Positions 23,629-24,000 of a DNA stretch of 24,000 bases are shown here, one piece after another. Within the stretch, counting starts at the first letter, position 1. Every line of letters begins with the position of its first letter. The stretch covers positions 128,472 through 152,471 of the forward strand of contig DASPMC010000057.1 in NCBI GenBank assembly GCA_035627275.1, given 5' to 3'. This stretch comes from Noviherbaspirillum sp. (GTDB lineage: Bacteria; Pseudomonadota; Gammaproteobacteria; Burkholderiales; Burkholderiaceae_D). Both the position numbers and the translations under genes were made by a program. The notes beneath the pieces were generated by a model that worked only from the letters and a program-made list of their open reading frames with translations, was not told where the DNA came from and ran no database searches.

Positions 23629-24000
23629 ATGGGATTCGATCTAGGTACTGCTATCTTCAACCCCATCCAATCGTACAAGTACGGCACTGATACGGTGAAA
23701 AAAGCGGAGCAAGCCGGCATCAGTGACGATAAGCTCGACGAGCTCGAGGATGCAGGCGCAAGCGATGGCGAAATCAATAAAGCCGTCGGCAAAGCGCAAG
23801 AAAGGAATAAAAATGCGCTGCTTGCGGAAGTCAGCGGCGATGCTCCATCTGGACAAGGCTTCGACATCGGAGCGTCTTCAACGAGAGGCAGCGCTCAGTC
23901 AGGTCAAGATCTGAACGCATTACTGACAACGTTGACAACGCTTACCGCACTGAAGACGTTGACCGATATGGGCACCCAAAAGGACCACGAGCTCATCTGA
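23629..24000 (+). CDS. Hypothetical 123-aa acidic, cysteine-free Gly/Ser/Thr-rich protein
   Basis: SD AAGGAG 7 nt before the ATG. The stop TGA falls exactly at 23998-24000. There is an internal repeat GFDLGTA (residues 2-8) / GFDIGAS (near residue 87) and a C-terminal LLTTLTTLTALKTLTD. I see no signal peptide and recognise no family. Confidence 0.6.
   Translation: MGFDLGTAIFNPIQSYKYGTDTVKKAEQAGISDDKLDELEDAGASDGEINKAVGKAQERNKNALLAEVSGDAPSGQGFDIGASSTRGSAQSGQDLNALLTTLTTLTALKTLTDMGTQKDHELI

Noticed and set aside
1-24000. Search for CRISPR arrays, IS elements, integrases, tRNA-flanked island borders or long direct repeats.
   Set aside because: I saw none by reading both strands. There is no repeat-spacer periodicity, no transposase- or integrase-like translation, and no terminal inverted repeats around the T3SS module. 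Island boundaries cannot be defined from this window.

Overview
High-GC proteobacterial chromosomal DNA. By gene content it may be a soil- or plant-associated beta-proteobacterium, but that is inference only. I found no rRNA, tRNA, CRISPR array, transposase or integrase. About 1-13.7 kb is a mainly minus-strand mix of regulators and accessory functions: an EAL phosphodiesterase with an OmpR-type response regulator, an azoreductase-like flavoprotein, a MalT/LAL-type LuxR regulator, a LysR regulator, a secreted CBM2-GH6 cellulase, a LuxR solo with an intact AHL-binding signature, an orphan PilT/PilU-like ATPase, a GNAT, an MCP with an unusual C-terminal sensor domain, and an HxlR regulator. The main result lies at 13.85-20.9 kb. 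It is an intact, translationally coupled type III secretion (T3SS) sub-cluster whose order matches the Hrp1 hrpA/Z and hrpC operons: sctI(hrpB)-sctJ(hrcJ)-hrpD-like-sctL(hrpE)-[novel 275-aa Cys-free Gly/Pro-rich protein]-sctF-like(hrpF position)-chaperone-like(hrpG position)-sctC(hrcC). By eye I found HrpL-type hrp-box promoters (GGAACC-N15/16-CCACNNA). A divergent pair sits at 14441-14532 and a third at 18365-18392. One box of the divergent pair drives an uncharacterised 3-TM membrane protein. The other precedes a 70-aa ORF in the hrpA position. The window holds no T3SS ATPase, export-apparatus genes, sctD/Q, hrpL, hrpT or hrpV. The sctC stop lies 12 nt from a convergent redoxin gene. After a redoxin/TetR pair, the last 1.7 kb (visibly more AT-rich) carries three small cysteine-free ORFs with strong Shine-Dalgarno sites and hairpins. 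One of them has a degenerate hrp-box-like motif, so these are candidate displaced T3SS substrates or pilin-like proteins. All functional calls rest on motifs I recognised in the translations. No database search was run.
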